The notes under the pieces were generated by a model that worked only from the letters and a program-made list of their open reading frames with translations, had not been told where the DNA came from and did not search any database. 64,000 nt of DNA, from positions 96,001 through 160,000 of the forward strand of contig JAXGYC010000010.1 in the NCBI GenBank assembly GCA_040772485.1, written 5' to 3'. Numbering within the stretch: the stretch's first letter is position 1; every line of letters begins with the position of its first letter. The stretch comes from Sedimentisphaerales bacterium. GTDB lineage: Bacteria > Planctomycetota > Phycisphaerae > Sedimentisphaerales > Anaerobacaceae. This document shows, in pieces, positions 10,013-18,564 of the stretch. The position numbers and the translations under genes were made by a program.

Positions 10013-11038
10013 CTAACAGTCGAGCCGACGCTGCCAGAGGGAGGCCAGAGCCGAGGCAGTGATGATGCAGACGAAGACGAAGATGGCGGCGGGGATAGCG
10101 GCTTCCTCCCCGAGGTGCTCCAGGGCCAGGGCCGAGCCCAGCCCGGCGTTCTGCATGCCGATCTCAATCGTCAAGGCCCGCCGTTTGAGCCTGTCCAGGC
10201 CAAAAAGGGTGCCGATCCCGTACCCGGCCCCCATCCCATAGAGGTTCAGGACCAGCACAACCGCCAGGACGCTCCCGGTCACCTGGGGCAGCCTTGCCTG
10301 GTTGCGCGCGATGACGACCGAGCAGATGAAGACGATGAACGTCGCGGAGAGGGCGGGAAAGACCGGAAGAATCCGCTCGACCGAACGGCGGAAACGATAG
10401 CGAACCCAGAAACCCAGCAGCAGCGGCACGACGACCATCACCATGATCTGAAGAAACATGGCCCAGAACGAGACCGGCAGTTCCGAGCCGGCCAGCACCT
10501 TGGTCAGCAAGGGAGTCAGGATCGGACACAGCAGGGTTGAGACGGTGGTCAGAGATACGGAATAGGCGGCATCGGCCCTGGCGACATAGCTCATGGTATT
10601 GCTGGCCATCGCGCCGGGGGCGGCCCCGGTCAGGATCAGGCCCACCGCCAGCGGAGGCGGCAGCCGGAACAGCCGCGAAATCGCATAGGCCCCGAAGGGC
10701 ATCACCAGGAATTGCGCCGCCGTGCCAAGGGCCACCACGGAGGGTGTCCTGAGGATTCGCCTGAAGTCGTCCGGCTGGAGAGCAACGCCGATGCCGAACA
10801 TCGTCAGGGCGAAGAACAGGGTGTTCATCGACAGGCAGACGCTCAGGTGCCCGACCACGGCCGGCGACAGACTCGAAAGGACATCGGCCGGAAACAGCTC
10901 GGTCAGGCTGAACGTGCCCACGACGCGGAACCAGTTGGGATGTTCCGGCGTGTCCTTCCACAGAAACGCGACCAGACCACATCCGACCACCCAGACGGCG
11001 AAGTACTTCGTATAGAACGTCAGAACTCGGCGCAGCAT
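10013..11038 (-). CDS. Bile acid:sodium symporter (BASS) family transporter
   Basis: PGAMASN and IEIGMQNAGLG motifs; multiple TM helices. Confidence 0.9.
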   Translation of the reverse strand: MLRRVLTFYTKYFAVWVVGCGLVAFLWKDTPEHPNWFRVVGTFSLTELFPADVLSSLSPAVVGHLSVCLSMNTLFFALTMFGIGVALQPDDFRRILRTPSVVALGTAAQFLVMPFGAYAISRLFRLPPPLAVGLILTGAAPGAMASNTMSYVARADAAYSVSLTTVSTLLCPILTPLLTKVLAGSELPVSFWAMFLQIMVMVVVPLLLGFWVRYRFRRSVERILPVFPALSATFIVFICSVVIARNQARLPQVTGSVLAVVLVLNLYGMGAGYGIGTLFGLDRLKRRALTIEIGMQNAGLGSALALEHLGEEAAIPAAIFVFVCIITASALASLWQRRLDC

Positions 11039-11090
11039 GGAGGGCCAGTATAAGCCGCGACGGGCCGGCCGACAACCGCCTGCTCATACC

Positions 11091-11121
11091 AACAAGAAGG
11101 CCCCGCCAACAAGGCGGGGCC
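11091..11121 (-). terminator. Probable intrinsic terminator after degP
   Basis: 9-bp stem GGCCCCGCC/GGCGGGGCC with a 5-nt loop, followed by TTCTTGTT on the minus strand. Confidence 0.65.
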
Positions 11122-11155
11122 GGTGCTACAATGAAGGAGGACATCAGAACCACGC

Positions 11156-12631
11156 TTATTTCTTCGGCAGACGAATCATCAGTAACCTTGTCCAGTCCTC
11201 GTCGCGGACTCGAAGAAGGGCACGCCCATCTGCCGCTGCGTTGTCAATGGCTTCATTAAACTCTTTTACGTTGCGGACGGGCTTTCTGTTCACTTCGGTG
11301 ATCAGGGTGCCCGCTTGAATACCGGCCTCGCCGGCCGGCGATCCGGGCCGGACCTCCATGACCAACACGCCCGAGAGGTCCTCGTAACCCAAGCGGGAAG
11401 CCAGCTCCTCCGTCAACGTTTGGAGCGTCATCCCGAGGCTCTCCTGGACGGCTTGGCTGCCTCCACCCATCGCGAATTCGCTATCCGGACGCTTCTCAAG
11501 CGTCACAGTCAACGGCTTGCGTTTGCCGTCACGAATCACCACAATCCGAACCTCGCTGCCCGGCTTATACATGGCCACGCGGTTACGGAACTCGTTCCAG
11601 TTGGAGACCGGCTGGCCCTCCAACTCCACAACCACGTCATCCTGCTTCATACCGGCTTTATCGGCCGGGGAATCCTCCACCACTTCGTTGATCACCACAC
11701 CTTTGTCGGCATCCAGTCCAAAGTACTCTCCCACGCCGGGCTCGACGTCGTCGCCTTGCACGCCGAGAAAACCACGCACCACTGCCCCGCTCTCTTTGAG
11801 CTGCGTGTAGATGTCTCTGGCCATGTCGCTGGGGATCGCCAGTCCGATGCCCACGTTCCCGCCGGGCCCGATGATCGCCGTATTGATGCCCACCGCCTTG
11901 CCGTCCAGGTTCAGGAGGGGACCGCCCGAGTTGCCGAAGTTGATCGCCGCATCGGTCTGGATGAAGTTCTCATAGCTGGCAATGCGCAGGCCGCTCCGTC
12001 CAGTGGCGCTGACGATTCCCGCCGTAACGGTGTGGCTCAGGCCGAACGGATTGCCGATGGCAATCACCCACTCGCCCACTTCCAGCGTGTCGGAGTTCGC
12101 CAGCTCGATGTAGGGAAGGTCGGTCTTGTCGATCTTGACGACGGCCACGTCCGTCTCGGGATCGGCGCCGACGATCTCCGCGTCCACCTTCTGGCCGTCC
12201 GCCAACTGCACGGTGACCTTCTCGGCCCCCCCCACCATGTGGTTGTTCGTCAGGATATATCCGTCGGAAGAGATGATGAAACCGGACCCCTGCGCGACCT
12301 GCCGGGATTCCGGCTCCTGTCGTTCCCGCTGGTAACGACGCGGGCCGAAGAAGTACTTGAACAACTCGTCCTCAAACGGGCTGGATGGGTCATTGGACCA
12401 GTCCCGCGAAGAGCTGCCACGAACGGCCTTGGTGGCCTGGACCCCCACGACCGCGGGCGAGGCCTTCTCGGCGATCGAGGCAAACGCCTTGCCCATCTGT
12501 TTCAAGGTGACGATGCTCTGACTGTCCTGCGCGAAAGCCGACAGCGGTATCAGCAACAGCCAGATCATGCCGATGGCCGTTGTGCCGATGAGGGTGTTCT
12601 TTCGAGTTGCGCGAAGCAAACGTGTTACCAT
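11156..12631 (-). CDS. degP: Do/DegP (HtrA) family periplasmic serine endoprotease with two PDZ domains
   Basis: GSGFII, TNNHMV, DVAVVK and QTDAAINFGNSGGPL motifs, two PDZ domains and a signal peptide. GGAGG RBS precedes ATG 12631. Confidence 0.93.
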   Translation of the reverse strand: MVTRLLRATRKNTLIGTTAIGMIWLLLIPLSAFAQDSQSIVTLKQMGKAFASIAEKASPAVVGVQATKAVRGSSSRDWSNDPSSPFEDELFKYFFGPRRYQRERQEPESRQVAQGSGFIISSDGYILTNNHMVGGAEKVTVQLADGQKVDAEIVGADPETDVAVVKIDKTDLPYIELANSDTLEVGEWVIAIGNPFGLSHTVTAGIVSATGRSGLRIASYENFIQTDAAINFGNSGGPLLNLDGKAVGINTAIIGPGGNVGIGLAIPSDMARDIYTQLKESGAVVRGFLGVQGDDVEPGVGEYFGLDADKGVVINEVVEDSPADKAGMKQDDVVVELEGQPVSNWNEFRNRVAMYKPGSEVRIVVIRDGKRKPLTVTLEKRPDSEFAMGGGSQAVQESLGMTLQTLTEELASRLGYEDLSGVLVMEVRPGSPAGEAGIQAGTLITEVNRKPVRNVKEFNEAIDNAAADGRALLRVRDEDWTRLLMIRLPKK

Positions 12632-12716
12632 AGTTGACCTCCAGAAACTTTCCGTCCAAAAGAACGCTTGGCCAAGCTCTCGTACCACCGTCATAAACAT
12701 CCGCTTGGGTAGGGGT

Positions 12717-12744
12717 TTATACGATTGTAGGCAGGGTTAGTTCG
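12717..12744 (-). promoter_or_regulatory. Putative ECF-sigma promoter for degP
   Basis: Minus strand reads cGAACT-N16-GTATAA, matching the motif upstream of the ECF gene. Confidence 0.55.
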
Positions 12745-12858
12745 GGCCGTCAAACCCTTTTTCGCCGGCCGGCGGGGCTGTTCCTGCCGCATCGGACCAT
12801 CGGTGATTCGTCGACTGCCAGACCGCGTGCGGCGATGTTGCGGCCGGTGCAATTCTGT

Positions 12859-12886
12859 GGAACTCCGACGCCGCTCGATTGTATAA
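12859..12886 (+). promoter_or_regulatory. Putative autoregulatory ECF-sigma promoter
   Basis: GGAACT-N16-GTATAA, 33 nt upstream of the ECF sigma ATG. Confidence 0.6.
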
Positions 12887-12919
12887 CTGGGCAAAAAGAG
12901 GCCTCGATACATCGGGAAT

Positions 12920-13462
12920 ATGACGGACGAACCTCACATCATCCAGCGTGTTCTGGACGGCGACGCGGAGTCGTTCCGGCTTCTCGTCGAACGCTACGCC
13001 GGACCCGTCGTCGGCATGATCCGAAACGTCACCGGCGACACACGGGACTGTGAGGACCTGGCCCAGGACGTGTTCCTGGCCGCTTTCGCCCGGCTCAAGA
13101 CGTTCGATCCGGCGAGGAGCCGCTTCTCGACCTGGTTGCTGACCATCGCACGGAACATGAGCATCAACCTGCTCAAGAAGAGGCGATCGAGGGCTTCCGT
13201 CGAACCCTCGCAACCGCCCGACGACGAAGGACCGCTGGAGCGTGTCACGCGTCAGGAGGCGTTCGCCCGACTCGATGCGGCGCTTCGGTCCCTTCCGGAC
13301 CGCCAGCGCCGGGCGTTGACCCTCGTCGAGTTCGAAGGATTGTCGTATGAGGAGGCCGCGGTGATCGAAGGGACACGAATCGGCACCATCAAGTCAAGGG
13401 TCAACCGCGCCAAGGCCGCCCTCGGCGAAGTACTGCGAGCCTGTCATGAGGATGACAAATGA
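12920..13462 (+). CDS. ECF-family RNA polymerase sigma factor
   Basis: EDLAQDVFL and FSTWLLTIARN (region 2); GLSYEEAA...GTIKSRVNRA (region 4). Confidence 0.93.
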   Translation: MTDEPHIIQRVLDGDAESFRLLVERYAGPVVGMIRNVTGDTRDCEDLAQDVFLAAFARLKTFDPARSRFSTWLLTIARNMSINLLKKRRSRASVEPSQPPDDEGPLERVTRQEAFARLDAALRSLPDRQRRALTLVEFEGLSYEEAAVIEGTRIGTIKSRVNRAKAALGEVLRACHEDDK

Positions 13463-13713
13463 AGCACGAAGAACTCTATCGAGAATGGGTGCGGCAGCGT
13501 AGAGACATCTGTCTTGGCGAGGATTTCACACAGGACGTGATGCACCGAGTCCACCGGCTCAAGGCCGACCAGGACAGGCGCCGGCTCACATGGTCGCGCA
13601 TCGTGGACCGGGTCGCCTGCTCGTCGTGGGCTCAGGCGGCCGCCGTCGCCATGGCGGCGCTGCTCGGACTCGGACGAATCCTGTTGACACTACGTCTGCT
13701 GCTGTTTGCCTGA
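13459..13713 (+). CDS. Small membrane-anchored protein, putative anti-sigma factor
   Basis: Translationally coupled to the ECF gene (ATGA overlap). DFTQDVMHRV resembles the anti-sigma F..VM..I motif. Single C-terminal TM helix; 84 aa. Confidence 0.6.
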   Translation: MKHEELYREWVRQRRDICLGEDFTQDVMHRVHRLKADQDRRRLTWSRIVDRVACSSWAQAAAVAMAALLGLGRILLTLRLLLFA

Positions 13714-13729
13714 CGACCTGGAGGATACC

Positions 13730-14671
13730 ATGACTGAACACGTGACATCGAAGAACACCAAACGACACGCATGGCTGGCCGGCGCCCTGTCGATTCTGAT
13801 GCCCGGCGTGGGACACGCCTATTGCGGCAACCTGCGGCGCGGCCTGGTCTTCGGCCTGCTCTATGCGATCGGCATTCCCGTCGTCCTCGGATTGCTCGCG
13901 TACGCCAGCCCTGCCTCGACGGTCACGTTCGGTTTGCTGATGGCTCTGGCGGCATTCGGCGTGGTGATCGGCGCAGCCGTCGATTCGTATCGGCTGGCAC
14001 GACAGACCCGCAGCGACTATCCGCTCAAGCCCTGCAACGGTCCGGGCATCTATGTCCTGCTCGGTCTCTTGATCCAGGGCAGTTGTCTCGGATACGCGTT
14101 GCACATCCGCAGCACCCTGTTCCAGGCCTTCCGCGTCCCCAGTATGTCGGAATTTCCCACCATCGTCCCGAACGACCGCCTTCTCGTGGACCGGAACGCC
14201 TATCGAAAGGCCGATCCCCAGCGTGGCGACACCATCCTGTTCCGTCCCCCGAACGAGGACTGGCGAACCTACTACATTAAGCGTATCGTCGCCCTCGAAG
14301 GAGACACCGTCGCGATCAAAGACGGAACGCTCTACGTCAATGGCGAAAAGCTCGCGGTGGGCAAAGCCATGAAGCCGCCGTCAGCCGGACGTGTGACAGA
14401 GGACGGCCGCGCGCTCCAGGGCGAGTTCTTCGAAGAGACCAACGCAAGTGCCCGCTACACGATCTTCCTGTCGACGTCCGAGCAGAATGCCGTCCGCGAC
14501 TTGCCCGAGACCGTCGTGCCGCAGCAGCATTGCTTCGTGCTGGGTGACAATCGGAACCGGTCGAGAGACAGCCGGCATTTCGGGCCGATCCCCTACGCGG
14601 TCATCGAGGGCCGAGCCGACTACATCTACTGGCCCGCCGATCGATGGTCGCGCTTCGGACGGATTCATTGA
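13730..14671 (+). CDS. lepB: Signal peptidase I with extra N-terminal membrane domain
   Basis: FRVPSMSEFPT (Ser box), YIKRIVALEGD (Lys) and FVLGDNRNRSRDSRHFG motifs. N-terminal AWLAGALSILMPGVGHAY TM domain; GGAGG RBS. Confidence 0.88.
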   Translation: MTEHVTSKNTKRHAWLAGALSILMPGVGHAYCGNLRRGLVFGLLYAIGIPVVLGLLAYASPASTVTFGLLMALAAFGVVIGAAVDSYRLARQTRSDYPLKPCNGPGIYVLLGLLIQGSCLGYALHIRSTLFQAFRVPSMSEFPTIVPNDRLLVDRNAYRKADPQRGDTILFRPPNEDWRTYYIKRIVALEGDTVAIKDGTLYVNGEKLAVGKAMKPPSAGRVTEDGRALQGEFFEETNASARYTIFLSTSEQNAVRDLPETVVPQQHCFVLGDNRNRSRDSRHFGPIPYAVIEGRADYIYWPADRWSRFGRIH

Positions 14672-14818
14672 TCTGGCCGTCCTGTCAACCCCGTCTTTTC
14701 CTCCTGAGCGGCCCCCTGCCTTCGCACGTGGAGATTCCCAGTGATTGAATCGGACGGCACAACAAAGAAGACTGACAGAAGACTCTGCGACTGGGTTCAT
14801 ATGACAGCCTGTTCCGGC

Positions 14819-15655
14819 ATGAGAAAGAAGAGATGGGTGGTCGCGGCCGTCGCGGTCGCCGCGCTTGCCCTGTTCGGTGTTTATGAACTGCTGTTCGGCC
14901 GGCTGTTTCCGTTCTCTCCGGTCGTGGTTGGGTTCTCCCGGCAGGAGCATGGGAGCTTTGTCGTGTACCATCACGGGCAGCCGGAATCATCCCAGCTATC
15001 CTATCTGAGCGATGTCGTTGCTATCGAAGAAGACTACCACGGGACGCCTTTCCGGTCGGAGCCCGAGATATTCCTTTGCAGGGACGATCGCGAATACCAC
15101 AGGCTTACCGGTGGAAGGGCTCGGTTCATTGCGATCAATGGACGGCTGTTCGTGTCCAAGCGAGCACAGGAAGATGCAAGACAGGGCCGGATCGATCTCC
15201 GAACGTATCTGACCCATGAGATGTCCCATTGCCTTCTCCAACAGCACATGTCGATTCTGAGATCCCTGAAGATGCCAAGATGGCTGCTCGAAGGAACCGC
15301 CATGGATTGTGCCGGACAGGTGGGAGCTGGAATCTACCCGGACAGATCGACAGTATACGACGCGATAGCTCGGGGCGTGTTCTGTGAGCCGGCGGACTTT
15401 GGTACGGTTCTCGACGGCGAAAAAGGGACGGCGCTCTCCTGCCCGATAGAGAACAGGACGGCATTTTTCTACTCGGAGTTCGGTTGTCTTGTGGAATTCC
15501 TGAGGTCGAGTCGTGGAGCGCAGCGATATCAGGCTTTTCTCAAGGACCTGGTCGAAAGCCGTACCCTGAACGTGGAGAGGTCGTTTGAAGAGGCCTATGG
15601 AACGACGCTCGGTGATGAGATCGCTCGATTCAAGAACGAGACGCAGAGGCGTTGA
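14819..15655 (+). CDS. Membrane-anchored/secreted putative gluzincin metallopeptidase (peptidase MA-like)
   Basis: THEMSH (HExxH) followed by PRWLLEGTA (third ligand Glu); N-terminal hydrophobic helix. Confidence 0.65.
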   Translation: MRKKRWVVAAVAVAALALFGVYELLFGRLFPFSPVVVGFSRQEHGSFVVYHHGQPESSQLSYLSDVVAIEEDYHGTPFRSEPEIFLCRDDREYHRLTGGRARFIAINGRLFVSKRAQEDARQGRIDLRTYLTHEMSHCLLQQHMSILRSLKMPRWLLEGTAMDCAGQVGAGIYPDRSTVYDAIARGVFCEPADFGTVLDGEKGTALSCPIENRTAFFYSEFGCLVEFLRSSRGAQRYQAFLKDLVESRTLNVERSFEEAYGTTLGDEIARFKNETQRR

Positions 15656-15754
15656 GCCCGCCGGACAGACTGGATCGACTTCGCGGCGCAACGAGAGCCG
15701 TGGCCGAGAAACGCCTGCCAGTACCCTCTCAAATGATGGTCGCTCGAAGGAGGG

Positions 15755-16387
15755 CTATCGCATGACCCAGGACTTGTCTTTGAAGACGACCTGCGCCGAG
15801 TCGCGCATCGCCGGATCGCCCCGGAAGGCGTAGTCCAGTTGCAGGGTCTTGCGCAGGAACACCCTGACCGGCTGGCCCATGCCGTCCACCGCCACAGGGT
15901 GATCGATCGCGGCGGTCTCGTTGCTCAGGCCCGTGATGAACACCTTGAACCCGCCCGCCTGACTGTCGAAATCGCGCCAGATCACGGCGATGTCCTTGGC
16001 GTTGTCCTCGCCCTGGAGAATGCGGTTCTCCACCTTGCTCATGGCTTCGAGGAACGGATAGCGGCCCTGATGCCGCTGCTTGATCTGTTCGAAAGCGATG
16101 GGCGGAACGCCGACGCCGGAAGGCACGATCTGGAACGTGTCGCTCATCAACTCGCATCGGGGGTAGAACTCAACGTCCTGACCCGTGCGATTGGTCACGG
16201 TCAGGATCATGTACCAGAACCGCACCGGACCGCTGCCGCCTCCCGACAGGATGAGCTGCTGGGGTTGCTCGAATTTCACCTCGACCGTCCAATGCCCCGG
16301 CCTCTGAACCACCGCCGGCTCCGGCGCCGCCAGACACACATTGGCCGCCACCACCAGGAATGTCCCATAAAACAGACACTTGCTCAT
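15755..16387 (-). CDS. Conserved hypothetical secreted protein
   Basis: Signal peptide and GC3-biased codons; GAGGG RBS before ATG 16387. Confidence 0.7.
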   Translation of the reverse strand: MSKCLFYGTFLVVAANVCLAAPEPAVVQRPGHWTVEVKFEQPQQLILSGGGSGPVRFWYMILTVTNRTGQDVEFYPRCELMSDTFQIVPSGVGVPPIAFEQIKQRHQGRYPFLEAMSKVENRILQGEDNAKDIAVIWRDFDSQAGGFKVFITGLSNETAAIDHPVAVDGMGQPVRVFLRKTLQLDYAFRGDPAMRDSAQVVFKDKSWVMR

Positions 16388-16561
16388 CCGGTATCCCTCT
16401 CGAGAGACCATTTCGGTTTCCAAACGCGCCAGACTACACGTTTTCCCCATTTTACAGCAAAACCGCCCATAAGCCAAGAAGAATCTGGCCCAAGTGCCCG
16501 CCGCAGCGGTCTTTGCCGTTACCCCGCCTCCGGACGGGCGGCGCGAAGGGTCCGGCAGAAC

Positions 16562-16747
16562 TCACTGACGCTTCTCGGCGAGGCGCGTTCGCATCTCCGT
16601 CTTGCTTTCCCACCTGTGGTGGTCAATTCCCGGCACATGGTCCCAACTGAAGTGCCAGAGCTGACACCAGTGCCGCCACGCGGCCCGCAACAACCCCCGG
16701 ATCTTCATATCACCATCGCTCCAATAGGAGTTGACTTCCGATCCCAT
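16562..16747 (-). CDS. Small 61-aa Trp/His-rich hypothetical protein
   Basis: AAAGAGGA RBS 6 nt before the ATG and an ECF-like promoter (GGAACC-N16-GTACCA, 16772-16799) just upstream. It fills an otherwise empty gap. Confidence 0.45.
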   Translation of the reverse strand: MGSEVNSYWSDGDMKIRGLLRAAWRHWCQLWHFSWDHVPGIDHHRWESKTEMRTRLAEKRQ

Positions 16748-16815
16748 TAAGGGTCCTCTTTCGACTCCCATTGGTACGTTAAGATAGGAAAGAGGTTCCG
16801 GTTATATGGATCAAA

Positions 16816-17940
16816 TCACTCCGCGAGGTGTACCTCCGCAAACCTCCCGGCGGCTTGGGCCAGCAACTCTTCGCAGTGCTCCAGAGCGAACTGGAGGTCC
16901 ATGCCGGGCTGCGTGCAGGCCAGAGCGGCCTCGATCCCGGCGTTGCGCCAGACATGGTCCGCGAGCAGGACCTGCCCGGCGATCACCCCGACCCTGGCGC
17001 CTCCCTGGCGGGCGACACGGGCGACGCCGGAGACGACCTTGCCCCGCATCGACTGCGAATCGAAGCAGCCCTCGCCCGTGACGACCCAGTCGGCATCCGA
17101 GACCTCCTGCCGCAGGCGAGACTGCGCCATGACCGTCTCGATCCCGGAAACGAGGCGGGCCTCCATGAAGGCTACGGCCCCTGCCGCCAGACCTCCGGCC
17201 GCACCCGCGCCGGGCAGGTCCCGGACGTGAATCCCAAGTTGGCTGCCTATCAGCTCCGCCAAATGCGCCAAGGCGGAATCGAGCGTCTCGACCATCTGCG
17301 GCGCGGCGCCCTTTTGCGGCCCGTACACGCGAGCAGCCCCGTGCGGCCCGCACAGCGGATTGTCCACGTCGCAGAGCACGTCGATGGGGACGTCCATATC
17401 GCGGTCCGGCGGGATGATCTCGACGATCTCCGCCAAGGCTCCGGCGCCAAGGCCGACCGGCGTCCCGTCGCCGGCCAGGAACTCCCAGCCCAGAGCCATG
17501 GCCGCCCCGACGCCACCGTCGACGGTGGCGCTGCCGCCAACCCCCAGCAGGATTCGCTCGGCGCCGCGGTCCAGCGCCGCCGCAATAAGCTGGCCCGTCC
17601 CGAAGGTGGTCGTCTTGAGCGGGTTCAACTGCTCGCGCCGCAGCAGTTGCATCCCGCTGGCCGAAGCCATCTCCACCACCGCCGTCTGGTCGTCGGGTAG
17701 CCACGCGAAGCCCGCCGCGACCTCCATGTCCGGCAGCGGGCCCATCACCGTCACGGGTATCCACTGGCCGTTGGAAGCCGCCATCAGGGCCGCCGCCGTG
17801 CCCTCCCCGCCGTCGGCCATCGGCTTGACCACGATCTCGGCCCCCGGCGCCGCCCTGCCGATGGCGTCGGCAACGATCCGGCAAGCCCGCTCGGCCGCCA
17901 GAGTCCCCTTGAACGAGTCCATCGCGACCACGATCTTCAT
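16816..17940 (-). CDS. glxK: Glycerate kinase
   Basis: MKIVVAMDSFKGTL, MADGGEGT, GVGGSATVDGG, YGPQKGA, GAGAAGG and VTGEG motifs. Confidence 0.93.
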   Translation of the reverse strand: MKIVVAMDSFKGTLAAERACRIVADAIGRAAPGAEIVVKPMADGGEGTAAALMAASNGQWIPVTVMGPLPDMEVAAGFAWLPDDQTAVVEMASASGMQLLRREQLNPLKTTTFGTGQLIAAALDRGAERILLGVGGSATVDGGVGAAMALGWEFLAGDGTPVGLGAGALAEIVEIIPPDRDMDVPIDVLCDVDNPLCGPHGAARVYGPQKGAAPQMVETLDSALAHLAELIGSQLGIHVRDLPGAGAAGGLAAGAVAFMEARLVSGIETVMAQSRLRQEVSDADWVVTGEGCFDSQSMRGKVVSGVARVARQGGARVGVIAGQVLLADHVWRNAGIEAALACTQPGMDLQFALEHCEELLAQAAGRFAEVHLAE

Positions 17941-18102
17941 CGTTCGCCCCGTCTTTCGCGCATCTTCGAGCCCACTGCAAAGTGGCGAACCCTTTGGCCC
18001 TTTGCGTCGCCCAAGTTGACTTTGATTGGCTTGGCTTCCATGACTCGATCCCCATTTTCAGCCCAGGAACGCCGAAATTGGCTTTGTTTCGCACGGCGAG
18101 AC

Positions 18103-18281
18103 CGTATCTCGTCGCTCGAATCTCGTATCTCGTATCTCGTTCTCCGAGGCTGGCCGCAACTGACGGCCCGCAACTCGTTAGATCGACAATAAACGAAACA
18201 CGGTGACCTGTCAACCACAAAACCGGCACATTCGCCTTTTCTCCCCACCCCCGAGATACGAGATACAAGATACGAGATACG
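18103..18281. repeat. Two inverted heptamer (CGTATCT/AGATACG) tandem arrays
   Basis: About 6 degenerate CGTATCT units at 18103-18144 and about 4 AGATACG units at 18252-18281. Confidence 0.8.
18186..18214 (-). promoter_or_regulatory. Putative sigma70 promoter for glycerate kinase
   Basis: Minus strand reads TTGACA-N17-TATTGT. Confidence 0.5.
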
Positions 18282-18564
18282 CGCCTCGTCCTTGACCCCG
18301 CCGGGAGATTCCTGTAGGCTGTATCCCGGATGTGCGAAGGGAAGCTATGTGCCGAGAGGCCCCCACAATCCGGCCCCTTGTCCGCGCGCCGCAAGGCGAC
18401 GTCGAGTGGTTCGGCCAGTCGGTGCAATACCCCCCTCCCATTCTCCGTGTGCTGAACACTAGCGTAAGGGCTGATGCCAGGACTGCCGAAGACGGAATCG
18501 CTCTTGAACAAACGATGTCCTCCATGTCGAGCAACTTCTGAGATCGTCCCATCGGAGGTGCACC

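Noticed and set aside
18103..18281. Possible CRISPR array
   Set aside because: Only 7-nt tandem units without unique spacers, and no cas genes in the window.
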